IMG/VR virus record: IMGVR_UViG_3300042549_001343
Location: 1-53,280 of that record
Direction: 5' to 3' (one strand)
DNA length: 53,280 nucleotides
From: a virus
Taxonomy: Duplodnaviria > Caudoviricetes
The notes beneath the pieces were generated by a model, which saw only the letters and a program-made list of their open reading frames with translations, was not told where the DNA came from and did no database searches. The position numbers and the translations under genes are program-made. Numbering within the stretch: position 1 is the first letter of the stretch; every line of letters begins with the position of its first letter. Shown here one piece after another: positions 43,906 to 52,772 of this stretch.

Positions 43906-45713
43906 AACTCAGCAAGCTCTTTTGCAGTCTCTGCAAACTTAATTGCTTTGATTGGGACATTGCCAGTTACTTTGAATTGCCAACGATCACCCTTAAATCC
44001 AGAGGGAAGCCTGTACGTTAGCCTGTTTGTTATTTGTCTTGTTGTTACCAGCACTCCGTTGCAGTAAACAGATATTTGAATAAACCGACTGGACACCTCA
44101 TCAGGTTGCTCAGTCATCAAAGATCCATTGACGTACATACCATTAACTACATGAGCATTTAGCGCCGCCATTAAATTAACACCAGATGCAAACAGCGCCT
44201 GATTTGCCGCAGCTAATGCTGCGTTTTCTGCAATCAAGGCGGCGGCAAGATCAACGTCTTCAAAGTTTGCTTCAACCTGAAGCGCGGAAAAATTTACCGG
44301 CCTCGGGAGAATAAATAACTTTGACAGCCACTCGTATAACAAGAAGCTGTTTGCATTTCCTTCCCACTCGTGAATCTTGTCATCTAGAGAAAAATACAAC
44401 TGAGCAGAAGTGGGATCAACAAACGTCGCTTTTGTATAAACAGATGTTTCTGTCAGTGCAGAGGCCACTTCATTTCTGTCTAAGATAAGACAGCGCTCAA
44501 TATCATTTGTAACATCTTCCCAGAACAAATAGTACGCACCGTCAAGAATTGCCCCAAGCATGGTCGCTGGTTTTTTGCGTTGCCATTCGTCACGAGTAAA
44601 TAATCCGCTCGTAGCTAAGCCAGCAAAGCCTTGAGCAATCTTTACGATACCGTTTGGCGATGCATACATAACGCCAGTGTCATCAGAGACAATTGATCTC
44701 TTGGAGACACAAGGCTCAAACAAAGGAATCTTTGCTTGAGACATTGACTGCGGAGTTGAGCCGCTGATTACGAATGGATTTCCTCGTGTTGCAACAACAA
44801 CAGATTCTCCAAAGCAGCCAATGCCAACGATAGGGTATTCAACGGTAAGAGAGTATTCGGCAGGCCAAGCGTGCGGCACGTATGGCTCCGAGAAATAGAT
44901 TTCGTTTTCTCTGAACCCAACCAAGATGCCGTTTGCCATCGAGGAAATGCCCTGCATGTCAGATGGTGGTGGGTTATAGTTAGATGACTCTAGCGCCCCG
45001 CCAAGCTGAACAGCAGTCTTGGTATCTGAATAAGATGCTGTTCCAATGGCAACATCGGCTACTTTTAAATAGATGGTGCTGGTTGTTCCAGACACGGCAC
45101 GGTAGATTCTTTTTGTTGTTATGTTGTAGTCACCGGCAGGTGCTGCTGTTCCTAGCCCAGACACAGTGACAGTGCCGCCCGGAAGAACAGATAGGACAGA
45201 TGAGGCAGGAGATGGGGCTGACTCCTCTTCAATTGTTCCGAAGAGAGAGATGTAGGTAAATAGATAAACACGACTCTCTGCCGTGCCAGATCCACCGGCA
45301 GCAGATACAGTTGGCGCTGCCGTTGGTGCAGGCACACCCATCTCATAGTAGTCGCCGGGGAATGGAGCAGACCCAGTTTGTGAGAGAGTTGAGTTTGTTT
45401 TCTTTGGTGTACCTGATCCTGTGTAGTAGATTGGATCTTCGCCAGTATCAAAGATTGGACTCGGGACAACATTTACATCTGTTATCCACGAAAGCCACAA
45501 ATCATTTCCTGATGAATCTCTGTGCTTGTAAATGGACAAAGCGCTTGCAACGATGTTGTTTGCCCCAGTAACATCGTTCTGCTTATTCCATGCCCGAAGC
45601 TCTCCGCTATATAACTTGGTGTTGATTGCTGTCTCAGCCTCATTGTCTTTCAACAAAGCTACGCCAACCCTCGGGGCAATACCAGCAAAAGCAGATAACT
45701 TCAGTCCAGCCAT
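43902..45713 (-). CDS. Tail nozzle / tail tubular protein B-like (beta-propeller)
   Basis: 603 aa; F.GIAPR N-terminus, FSEPYVPHAWP, YRLPSG; precedes ejection genes. Confidence 0.75.
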   Translation of the reverse strand: MAGLKLSAFAGIAPRVGVALLKDNEAETAINTKLYSGELRAWNKQNDVTGANNIVASALSIYKHRDSSGNDLWLSWITDVNVVPSPIFDTGEDPIYYTGSGTPKKTNSTLSQTGSAPFPGDYYEMGVPAPTAAPTVSAAGGSGTAESRVYLFTYISLFGTIEEESAPSPASSVLSVLPGGTVTVSGLGTAAPAGDYNITTKRIYRAVSGTTSTIYLKVADVAIGTASYSDTKTAVQLGGALESSNYNPPPSDMQGISSMANGILVGFRENEIYFSEPYVPHAWPAEYSLTVEYPIVGIGCFGESVVVATRGNPFVISGSTPQSMSQAKIPLFEPCVSKRSIVSDDTGVMYASPNGIVKIAQGFAGLATSGLFTRDEWQRKKPATMLGAILDGAYYLFWEDVTNDIERCLILDRNEVASALTETSVYTKATFVDPTSAQLYFSLDDKIHEWEGNANSFLLYEWLSKLFILPRPVNFSALQVEANFEDVDLAAALIAENAALAAANQALFASGVNLMAALNAHVVNGMYVNGSLMTEQPDEVSSRFIQISVYCNGVLVTTRQITNRLTYRLPSGFKGDRWQFKVTGNVPIKAIKFAETAKELAEL

Positions 45714-46178
45714 TTAAGCAACCAATCCATTCAAGTAGGTCGTCTTCCCAGCAACTTTGGTGGCAGTCAATTCCTGCTTCTTCAAGTTGTTCGGATCGTA
45801 ACTGACATGTACCCAGCCGCTGTCTGGAATTCCCGGTGTGTAGAACTCAAGAATCAACTGTGTATATTCCAGATTATCCATGATCCACTGCGCTAAGTCA
45901 GCATTTGCTACACCCGGAATCTCAATATCGGCTGCCATCCCCTTGCAATGGTCTGAGGTCTTCGATCCTCCGACTGCTGCATTTGACTCGGGAGAGCGGA
46001 ACGCAGAATTCACCTTGACACCTTTACTGTAGTGGTCACGGACAGGTTGTAATACTTTCTCGCACAAAAGACGAAGGTTCTCTGTCGTTTCGTCGTCGGG
46101 CGTGTTGTCGAAGCCCATGCGTAGGGCTGTCTCTGACTTGGTCAGTTCGTGCAGGCTGAAGTTTGCTGAGAGGTTCAT
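45714..46178 (-). CDS. Endolysin, peptidase M15A family
   Basis: LSANFSL.EL, SAFRS...N..VGG...SDH..G.AADI, WVHVS. Confidence 0.9.
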   Translation of the reverse strand: MNLSANFSLHELTKSETALRMGFDNTPDDETTENLRLLCEKVLQPVRDHYSKGVKVNSAFRSPESNAAVGGSKTSDHCKGMAADIEIPGVANADLAQWIMDNLEYTQLILEFYTPGIPDSGWVHVSYDPNNLKKQELTATKVAGKTTYLNGLVA

Positions 46179-46657
46179 TGTTTACTCCTTAGGGTTTGAT
46201 AGATGGTGTTGTATGCGTCGATGCAGGCGTTGAGTTGTCGGGTGTTGGCATCTCCTTGGTCGGTGATGGCGACAAGAGATTGAGCAGTCGTTGCGTCAAG
46301 TTCGGCTCCTGCTTGAACGCTATCTCCGGAGGGAGGGGTGGAATCTCCGGAGGTTTGTATGGGGCAGATGGGGGTTTTGACAGGAAGGCGCAGCTTGAGA
46401 GCGCCAGAGGCAAGAGCAGCGTCACGCTCCTTTGAAGCAAGTTTTGCGTCATAGTTGGCTTTCTGAAGTTTGGTGGATTGGGTTTGAATTGCTGAGACTA
46501 GGATTTTCTCCTTCTCTCTGGCCTCAGCATTGAGTGCGGCAATCTCAAGTTGCTGACGAGTTACCTCATCCTTTGAGCCTTTCCAATACCCACTGCCAAA
46601 CGAACTCAGCACCGCCAAGACGATGCCAAGAATCACGTATGGGTTAAATATGCTCAT
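46175..46657 (-). CDS. Rz: Inner-membrane spanin
   Basis: N-terminal TM, coiled coil, GD....QLNAC C-terminus. Confidence 0.85.
   Translation of the reverse strand: MSIFNPYVILGIVLAVLSSFGSGYWKGSKDEVTRQQLEIAALNAEAREKEKILVSAIQTQSTKLQKANYDAKLASKERDAALASGALKLRLPVKTPICPIQTSGDSTPPSGDSVQAGAELDATTAQSLVAITDQGDANTRQLNACIDAYNTIYQTLRSKQ
46189..46452 (-). CDS. Rz1: Outer-membrane spanin lipoprotein embedded in Rz
   Basis: Lipobox LSSC and Pro-rich mature part, in an alternative frame inside Rz. Confidence 0.8.
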   Translation of the reverse strand: MTQNLLQRSVTLLLPLALSSCAFLSKPPSAPYKPPEIPPLPPEIAFKQEPNLTQRLLNLLSPSPTKEMPTPDNSTPASTHTTPSIKP

Positions 46658-46980
46658 GGCTTTGGTGGCTCATCAGAGTCAGAGTCAGCGTCTGCTTTGG
46701 CATAAGCCTTGGCGCTGGCCGACACAGCAGAGCGCCCCGCTACACCACCCAGCACACCAGTGATGAATACCATAATGGTGTTGATCTGTTGGGTGTAGAC
46801 CTTGTCGATTGCTGCCATGCCTGACATTGGTTGAGTCACGAATGACACGCTGTAAAGGAACATGGCGACAGATCCAAGAAGAATCATGGTCAGGGAAAAG
46901 ATTACGACCGCCCAAATGCGGACTTCAATTTCTTCAGCAGTCATGCGGTTGTTAGGTTTGTATCCAATGGTAGGCATCAC
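46654..46980 (-). CDS. Two-TM membrane protein (holin candidate)
   Basis: Two hydrophobic helices; directly upstream of spanins and endolysin. Confidence 0.65.
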   Translation of the reverse strand: MMPTIGYKPNNRMTAEEIEVRIWAVVIFSLTMILLGSVAMFLYSVSFVTQPMSGMAAIDKVYTQQINTIMVFITGVLGGVAGRSAVSASAKAYAKADADSDSDEPPKP

Positions 46981-47150
46981 TTTTTCTCCTGTGGTGGTTT
47001 AGTTAATTGCTCTGGGCAAGTCTCTGTGGCTGAACATATTGGCGGCTTACATTCAGTGTTCTGCCAATTCTGCGGGTCTTGGCACGGGTATCTGAATCTG
47101 TCCTCACAGGCAGACAGTAGAACCAGCGCCATTAAACAAACTATTTTCAT
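46977..47150 (-). CDS. 57-aa Cys-rich lipoprotein (MKIVCLMALVLLSACEDRFRYPCQDP...)
   Basis: Lipobox LSAC; coupled on both sides; not in the ORF track. Confidence 0.75.
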   Translation of the reverse strand: MKIVCLMALVLLSACEDRFRYPCQDPQNWQNTECKPPICSATETCPEQLTKPPQEKK

Positions 47151-47311
47151 TTATCCTTCTCCCTTTCTTTCTGTTCAATCTGTCTTCTGAGTTTCTCTAC
47201 CTTCTCAACCTGATCCTTGGTCTCATTCTTTGCTTCGAGTATGTCAAGATAAAGAAACCCCATCAATGGCAGCAGCAAAGCGACCAGCACACAAGCAGCA
47301 ATCCATCCCAT
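47147..47311 (-). CDS. Small TM plus coiled-coil protein
   Basis: MGWIAACVLVALLLPLMGFLYL; TAATG overlap. Confidence 0.7.
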   Translation of the reverse strand: MGWIAACVLVALLLPLMGFLYLDILEAKNETKDQVEKVEKLRRQIEQKEREKDK

Positions 47312-48006
47312 TATTTCTTCCCCAATTGACCTACGAACAGGAGCCACATCCAAACGTACAGGAGGAATATAGAAGTCACTACTAGGAACCCTAGTTTTAG
47401 CTGGAAGTTTCTTTCCTCTTCCTTGCGTTGCCATGCTTCTTGCCTTTTAATTGCTTCTTGTTTTAGCCTTGCTTGTGTCTGCTCTTCTTGAATAGTCTCC
47501 CTCATGTTGAACACTTCAGAGTACAAAGCCCCCATTTCAGGAGGAGACTGGTACACCATGCATTCACGAATTTGAACTACCAACTCAGCCATCTGTTGCT
47601 GAGCCATCACACGTTTTAGCGCCGCCTCCATGTGATTCTGTTCTGGGTCATAGACGTTCTTTGACTTTTCTTCTTCTTCTCTTATGTGAGCCTCAAGCTG
47701 TTCTTGGATTTTAAAGAAGTCAGTAAGCTGTTTGACAATGTTGACTTTTACTTGGGTCTCGTCGACGGCAACGAACTTCTCCTTCTTTTTTGCCACAGGC
47801 TTGCTTTGGGTCGGCTTTGGCGCACCGCCAAACATATTTGCCAGCTTCCCCCAAAAGCCATATACCTCCTGTGCAATTCCAACAGCCTCGTCAACCGTTG
47901 CCTTAACCTCCATGAAAGATGTCTTAACTTGCTTGTATAACTCGCAACCCTCTTTGATGGCGGCAACGCAAGCATTTGCAGCAAAGAGGAGGGAGATCGG
48001 ATCAAT
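47311..48006 (-). CDS. Coiled-coil protein with C-terminal TM; probable ATT start (IDPISLL...)
   Basis: Frame is open upstream of ATG 47913 to the TAG at 48016; DPISLL-type N-terminus; AGGA 8 nt before the ATT. Confidence 0.7.
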   Translation of the reverse strand: MDPISLLFAANACVAAIKEGCELYKQVKTSFMEVKATVDEAVGIAQEVYGFWGKLANMFGGAPKPTQSKPVAKKKEKFVAVDETQVKVNIVKQLTDFFKIQEQLEAHIREEEEKSKNVYDPEQNHMEAALKRVMAQQQMAELVVQIRECMVYQSPPEMGALYSEVFNMRETIQEEQTQARLKQEAIKRQEAWQRKEEERNFQLKLGFLVVTSIFLLYVWMWLLFVGQLGKK

Positions 48007-48015
48007 TTTATTTTC

Positions 48016-48567
48016 CTATACAAACCATGTCACCATAGAATACCGCGTACCTGACAGAACCGGCAAAATTTCATGCGGGAACATAAAATTAGAAGGAAAC
48101 AAAATAGCCGCCCCTTTTGGTAATCTTATGGTCGTGTTGCGGTCAAAAAAAGCAAACTCCCCGCCTTCGTATCCGTCGTTAAGAGCGAATGAACAAGAAA
48201 TACAACGAGCGTGTTTTTCGTAAGAATCTGTGTGCTGGGCGTAAAACTGCCCTGTTTCGTAACGAAGTAGTTGATACCCGGTATCTCCTCTAATTTGAGC
48301 TTTGGGGTAAATCTCTAAATATTTTTGTAGCGCAGACCCCGCCGCTCTAAATAGCATTGCATCAAGCTGCGCTCTGATTTCTGTATTTTTGTTTATTATT
48401 TCTTTGGACAAAAAAATAGCCGAAGCAGATCGAATATTTTTGTTGACCACATCGTTATCGACAACTGTGTCTACCCATTCACCTGAGCCACTGAACTCAT
48501 TGAGCAAAGCATCGCACAAATCCAATGGGACAGTGTTTTCAAAAACTTTAATGTAGTCTTGAATCAT
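48016..48567 (-). CDS. 2OG-Fe(II) oxygenase (prolyl-4-hydroxylase-like)
   Basis: HTD...YEGGEF...FPS...HEILPV..G.RYS. Confidence 0.92.
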   Translation of the reverse strand: MIQDYIKVFENTVPLDLCDALLNEFSGSGEWVDTVVDNDVVNKNIRSASAIFLSKEIINKNTEIRAQLDAMLFRAAGSALQKYLEIYPKAQIRGDTGYQLLRYETGQFYAQHTDSYEKHARCISCSFALNDGYEGGEFAFFDRNTTIRLPKGAAILFPSNFMFPHEILPVLSGTRYSMVTWFV

Positions 48568-48576
48568 CTGCTACCC

Positions 48577-49179
48577 CTACGGACGTTCTTTGTAGTTGAG
48601 AAACTGTGTCAAGGTCTTGCGATATTTGCCCTCTTGTGATTGGACAGGCTCCACCTCATGCAGGACGCATCCGGGGAAAATAACTGTTTTATTTCTGACT
48701 GGCAATATGCGCACGCCAAATTCCGGAAATACAAGGTCGCCCCCAGTAAACTCATCTTCGCCAATAAACGTAACAATCGTAAAAGGCGTGCCATCATAGT
48801 GGCCCAAATAGCCTTCATTGTTTGCATACACATTCAGCAATGTTGTACGCCTATTTGTGTTTTTAAGGTGCATGTAGTTTGCTGAAGTCTTTTTGAGTTC
48901 ATCGACAATTTCTGGGATGGACGTCTTTGTGACCAGACGAAGTATCCCGGCGTTTTGCCACTCTGGGCTGTAATAATTATTTAAAAGCAGCCCCCGCCCT
49001 GTCTTCAAGATTCTTTCATCCTGTGTTTTTGCACTGAATGTTTCCTCAGGGTATTGCAACACACCCAAGTTGATTATGTGATTTACCTCATTTTCAATTT
49101 CTTCCAGTTCCTCAGGAAGAAATAAATCGTCAACGATGGCGTAATCAAGCGCCTCAACTCTGTGGGCAGTTACTTGCAT
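48577..49179 (-). CDS. 2OG-Fe(II) oxygenase (second, divergent)
   Basis: HYD...FTGGDL.F...FPG..LHEV.PV...R. Confidence 0.88.
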   Translation of the reverse strand: MQVTAHRVEALDYAIVDDLFLPEELEEIENEVNHIINLGVLQYPEETFSAKTQDERILKTGRGLLLNNYYSPEWQNAGILRLVTKTSIPEIVDELKKTSANYMHLKNTNRRTTLLNVYANNEGYLGHYDGTPFTIVTFIGEDEFTGGDLVFPEFGVRILPVRNKTVIFPGCVLHEVEPVQSQEGKYRKTLTQFLNYKERP

Positions 49180-49180
49180 G

Positions 49181-50098
49181 TTAAGCAGTCCTTTTCCACA
49201 TATACACAGTGATATATGGCTGGTAGTTAGCATTTGTGCCACTTGAACCAGCAGAGTCAATTATTGTTGTAATATTTGCTGTTGATGTGCCTACATTTAC
49301 ATTTGTTTGAGACGGTATTCCAATACCGGGTTGGCCTCCTCCCGCGCTATATTGAAAAAATCCGCCAATATTTCCGTCTTGTACGTGGGTATGCCCTGAA
49401 TCCGTAGAAGTTGCTGTGTGAGTGTGGCTAACAGTAATTGCATCTGCACTACCGCCTTCTTCTCCAACAGTGTCAAACAGTGCATTGCTTGAGTCAAAGC
49501 CAACCATGACCTTACCAGCCGCAAATGCAGTCCATGTGCCAAAACCAAGCAATGTTGCAGGGTTAGTACTAACAGAAGCATTTGTGTAGATAGATCCAAC
49601 TGGATACGAGGCTGCTAATGCCGCTTGTACAAATGCAGTAGATGCGGCAGATGTATCACTGTCACCAAATGTTTGAGTTGGAACAGCTAGAGTCCCAGAG
49701 ACTGTTGCCGCTCCAGAAATTGTGACAGTACTGCTAAATGTATTTGCCCCAGAGAACGTATTTGCTCCGGAGAACGTATTGTCCTTGTCTTGACCAGCAA
49801 AGTTATTCAACCCAGCCGCAGTAACTCGCAAAGAAATATTATCCCCGCCGGTAAAAGATCTACCTGTCGTACCCTCTTGTGCGCGAACAACTGTTAAAGA
49901 ATCTGTCGATCTAGCAGTTACTTTAATAATCTCAATGTTGTTGCTGGAGTCAATGATGGTGGCGTAAAAGTAGTCACCTGATGACAGAGTGGGGAACAGA
50001 GCGCCCTGACCAGAAGCAACAGTTACGGTTGTGGCCGTACTGTTGATTGAGGCAGATAGCGCGGCTACGGCGTTGTTGGTAAATTTCTGTTGAGCCAT
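49181..50098 (-). CDS. Tail fibre / collar-like virion protein
   Basis: RAQEGT N-domain, NTFSGA repeats, YPVGSIY...QPYITVYMWKRTA C-domain. Confidence 0.85.
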   Translation of the reverse strand: MAQQKFTNNAVAALSASINSTATTVTVASGQGALFPTLSSGDYFYATIIDSSNNIEIIKVTARSTDSLTVVRAQEGTTGRSFTGGDNISLRVTAAGLNNFAGQDKDNTFSGANTFSGANTFSSTVTISGAATVSGTLAVPTQTFGDSDTSAASTAFVQAALAASYPVGSIYTNASVSTNPATLLGFGTWTAFAAGKVMVGFDSSNALFDTVGEEGGSADAITVSHTHTATSTDSGHTHVQDGNIGGFFQYSAGGGQPGIGIPSQTNVNVGTSTANITTIIDSAGSSGTNANYQPYITVYMWKRTA

Positions 50099-50100
50099 TA

Positions 50101-50277
50101 TTACTCTCCTTGTGGGGGATTATCTGCGGGTTCAGGGGTTTGTGCCGCTTCTGCCAAGGCCTGAGCCTCGGCCGCCTGAGCCGCTACTGCCGCATCATGG
50201 GCCGCCTGTTCTTCAGGTGTGTATTCAACAATTGAGGTCACGCCTGTCTCTACATTAACTACGATTCTGTGTGTCAT
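50101..50277 (-). CDS. 58-aa fibre accessory peptide (MTHRIVVNVETG...)
   Basis: Fills the gap; N.ETG...TPEE motif; not in the ORF track. Confidence 0.7.
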   Translation of the reverse strand: MTHRIVVNVETGVTSIVEYTPEEQAAHDAAVAAQAAEAQALAEAAQTPEPADNPPQGE

Positions 50278-50280
50278 GGT

Positions 50281-50811
50281 TTAGCCTTCATAAAGAATGT
50301 TGATTGAGCCAGCGTCAAAGGTGTCTGTGCCGTTGACTGTAGTGATGCGTACCATATTTAAAACACCAGCTAAAGTAACAGAGCTACCTACAACACCTAT
50401 GTAGTTGTTGCCAGAATAGCCTAGTGAACCAGAAAGAGCCCACACATTTGACCCAAGATGAACGCAAGTAACCACTCCGTTCATGGTTGCGCCTGGTTGA
50501 GTTAAAAGTGCTGCTCCGGTTGTATATTGAGTGACACTTGTGCTACTTACTGAATCAGCAACGCCACCACTACCAAGATAGCCTGATGTTGTAGGGCTAC
50601 CACCAGTACCAAGTCTAAATTGTATTGCCGATCCTGTCGTGCTAACACGGTTTAGTGCAATCGTTATACGCTTAACCCAAGACGGTATCCCAGTAAAGTC
50701 AATGCTTGTACCTGATGTAGAGGCAACAGCAGTGCCAGAGGTAATCCCCAGTACCGCACCTGAGTTGATCGTGACGCTTGCTGATCCATCAATAATTACG
50801 CTCATGCCCAT
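50281..50811 (-). CDS. Tail protein paralogue 1 (STSGTSIDF...DAGSINILYE domain)
   Basis: Shared domain with three other genes in this array. Confidence 0.85.
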   Translation of the reverse strand: MGMSVIIDGSASVTINSGAVLGITSGTAVASTSGTSIDFTGIPSWVKRITIALNRVSTTGSAIQFRLGTGGSPTTSGYLGSGGVADSVSSTSVTQYTTGAALLTQPGATMNGVVTCVHLGSNVWALSGSLGYSGNNYIGVVGSSVTLAGVLNMVRITTVNGTDTFDAGSINILYEG

Positions 50812-51428
50812 GCCCCTACTGAAGTGTTAGAACCAGATGCGCTAACTGGTGCAATGCGGATGTAGCTACCAATGGCAGTGGAGTAAGCCCCTCCGGGGGC
50901 GGCTGACAGCGCGTACTGCGGAATGAATGTACCGCCAGCGTTGATTGATACTGTTCCTTTAATAACAAATGAAATAAATAAGTTTGCAGAAGTTTGTGCA
51001 CCAGTTATCACAGTGTTACTTGCAGTTTGAATAAACATCTGGTAGTCTGCTGTTGCTACAACAGTAAAGCTAGTGCCGCTGGGATTTTGAACATTCAACC
51101 TGTACCCAATATTATCTACTGATGCCGTGCCCCCAAACCCCACCCCAAAAGTGTGCGATGTTGTTCCAGTAGATTTGCTTACAGCAACAATCATTTCAAA
51201 CTCATACACAGTGCTTGCTGACAGTGTGACACCAACACCAAATATGCTTTGTGCTGTGTTTACATTTGATCCAACAAGCGCAGAATTCAGTCTGTAATAC
51301 TGTTGAGTCGGCACAATGCCTCGCTGTGTGCCGATAGGTGTGCCGGTAAAGATCGGGCTGGAATACTCAATGTTACCAGCGGCTGCTGTGCCAATCAACG
51401 TTTCAGAGGTTAAAACAATTGCTGACAT
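50802..51428 (-). CDS. Tail fibre-like beta protein
   Basis: Thr/Ser/Gly-rich, within the array; different domain. Confidence 0.75.
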   Translation of the reverse strand: MSAIVLTSETLIGTAAAGNIEYSSPIFTGTPIGTQRGIVPTQQYYRLNSALVGSNVNTAQSIFGVGVTLSASTVYEFEMIVAVSKSTGTTSHTFGVGFGGTASVDNIGYRLNVQNPSGTSFTVVATADYQMFIQTASNTVITGAQTSANLFISFVIKGTVSINAGGTFIPQYALSAAPGGAYSTAIGSYIRIAPVSASGSNTSVGAWA

Positions 51429-51430
51429 GA

Positions 51431-52018
51431 TTATCCTTCGAGTAAGAGGTTTATAGTGCCAGCAGATGGAGTAGTGTCAAAGGTGTCAGTGCCGTTGACT
51501 GTAGTGATGCGGACTCGGTCAAGAACACCACCAAGCGTTATATCTCCAGCACCAATGCAAGATATATTTGTCGTATTTCTAAAAGAACTACTAGAAACCC
51601 ATGTATTTCCAGAAATTAATGTCAAAACCATATGCCCACTAGTTGCAGATGCCGCTTGATTTGAATTTAAGAAAAATCCAGATGTTGCGCTGGATGTCGA
51701 TAAAGTTGAAGCACCCAATGAGGTGGAATTGGAGGCGTACCCAGAATTAGATACAGAACCAGAGCCTATTTGCACTTGAGGCAAAGAAGTCCCGCTTGTA
51801 CTCACCCCACTAAACATGACCGTCACACGTTTCACCCATGAGGGGATGGAATTGAAATCAATAGAAGTTTGCCCCGCACAAGTTACCGCTGTTGCCAATG
51901 TATTGACAGAATTTGTTGCAGTAGCAGCAAGCAAAGTCAGCGTGTTTGTACCCGCAACAGCAGGGGCATTGACCACAAGCTGCCCTGATGTATCTCCTGC
52001 TAAAGCAAATCCAGCCAT
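51431..52018 (-). CDS. Tail protein paralogue 2
   Basis: GDTSG...APAVAG N-terminus plus the shared domain. Confidence 0.85.
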   Translation of the reverse strand: MAGFALAGDTSGQLVVNAPAVAGTNTLTLLAATATNSVNTLATAVTCAGQTSIDFNSIPSWVKRVTVMFSGVSTSGTSLPQVQIGSGSVSNSGYASNSTSLGASTLSTSSATSGFFLNSNQAASATSGHMVLTLISGNTWVSSSSFRNTTNISCIGAGDITLGGVLDRVRITTVNGTDTFDTTPSAGTINLLLEG

Positions 52019-52027
52019 CTTGATTCC

Positions 52028-52237
52028 TTAAAGAACAACCCAGCGTGATCCCGCTGGAATGGTTACTGTGACACCGGCATTCAATGTGATCGGCCCGACA
52101 GACATGGCACATGCCCCTGATGTGATGGTATAGCTGACAGTCACCACCTTGGTGTTTTCGTAGATCGGCACTGACGGGTTGAACGCTTGTCCACTGCCGT
52201 CACCCACCATTGAAGAAGCTACTTTAGTTAATGCCAT
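52028..52237 (-). CDS. Small virion protein (SVGPITL..GVTVTIP.GSRWVVL)
   Basis: Recognisable motif of aquatic phage tail modules. Confidence 0.8.
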   Translation of the reverse strand: MALTKVASSMVGDGSGQAFNPSVPIYENTKVVTVSYTITSGACAMSVGPITLNAGVTVTIPAGSRWVVL

Positions 52238-52242
52238 AATGT

Positions 52243-52767
52243 TTACTCATAGAGAATGTTGATTGAACCAGCGTCAAAGGTGTCAGTTCCATTTACGGTG
52301 GTGATGCGGAGTTGAGTAAGGGTGTCGGAGAGGGTTTTTGTGCCAGAGCCAAAACCACCTCTTGCAGTTGTATCGTTAATATTACCCGCACCAACCCAAA
52401 TATTACTACCTAGTGTTGTGAATACATACATACCGCTAGAACTCTGAGTGGCTATAGCTACAGTGGAAACTAAAAATCCCGCAGTTCCATTTGATGTTAC
52501 TGGGGTAGCATTTGTTATATAAGACATTAAAGAGTTATAGCCAGTTGTTTCTATACCCCCAGAATCCCCTAATTGAACTTGTAAAAAAGATGTGCCGCTT
52601 GTACTTACCCCATTAAACATGACAGTAATGCGCTTCACCCAAGATGGGATGCCTGTAAAGTCAATACTTGTTCCAGATGTAGACGCTTGTACAGTACCAC
52701 TAGTAATTAACGATCCACCTGAGTTTGCATTTGAGCCTATTGCGGCTAGATTAACTGCTTTTGTCAT
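52243..52767 (-). CDS. Tail protein paralogue 3
   Basis: MTKAVNLA N-terminus plus the shared domain. Confidence 0.85.
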   Translation of the reverse strand: MTKAVNLAAIGSNANSGGSLITSGTVQASTSGTSIDFTGIPSWVKRITVMFNGVSTSGTSFLQVQLGDSGGIETTGYNSLMSYITNATPVTSNGTAGFLVSTVAIATQSSSGMYVFTTLGSNIWVGAGNINDTTARGGFGSGTKTLSDTLTQLRITTVNGTDTFDAGSINILYE

Positions 52768-52772
52768 GTTGT

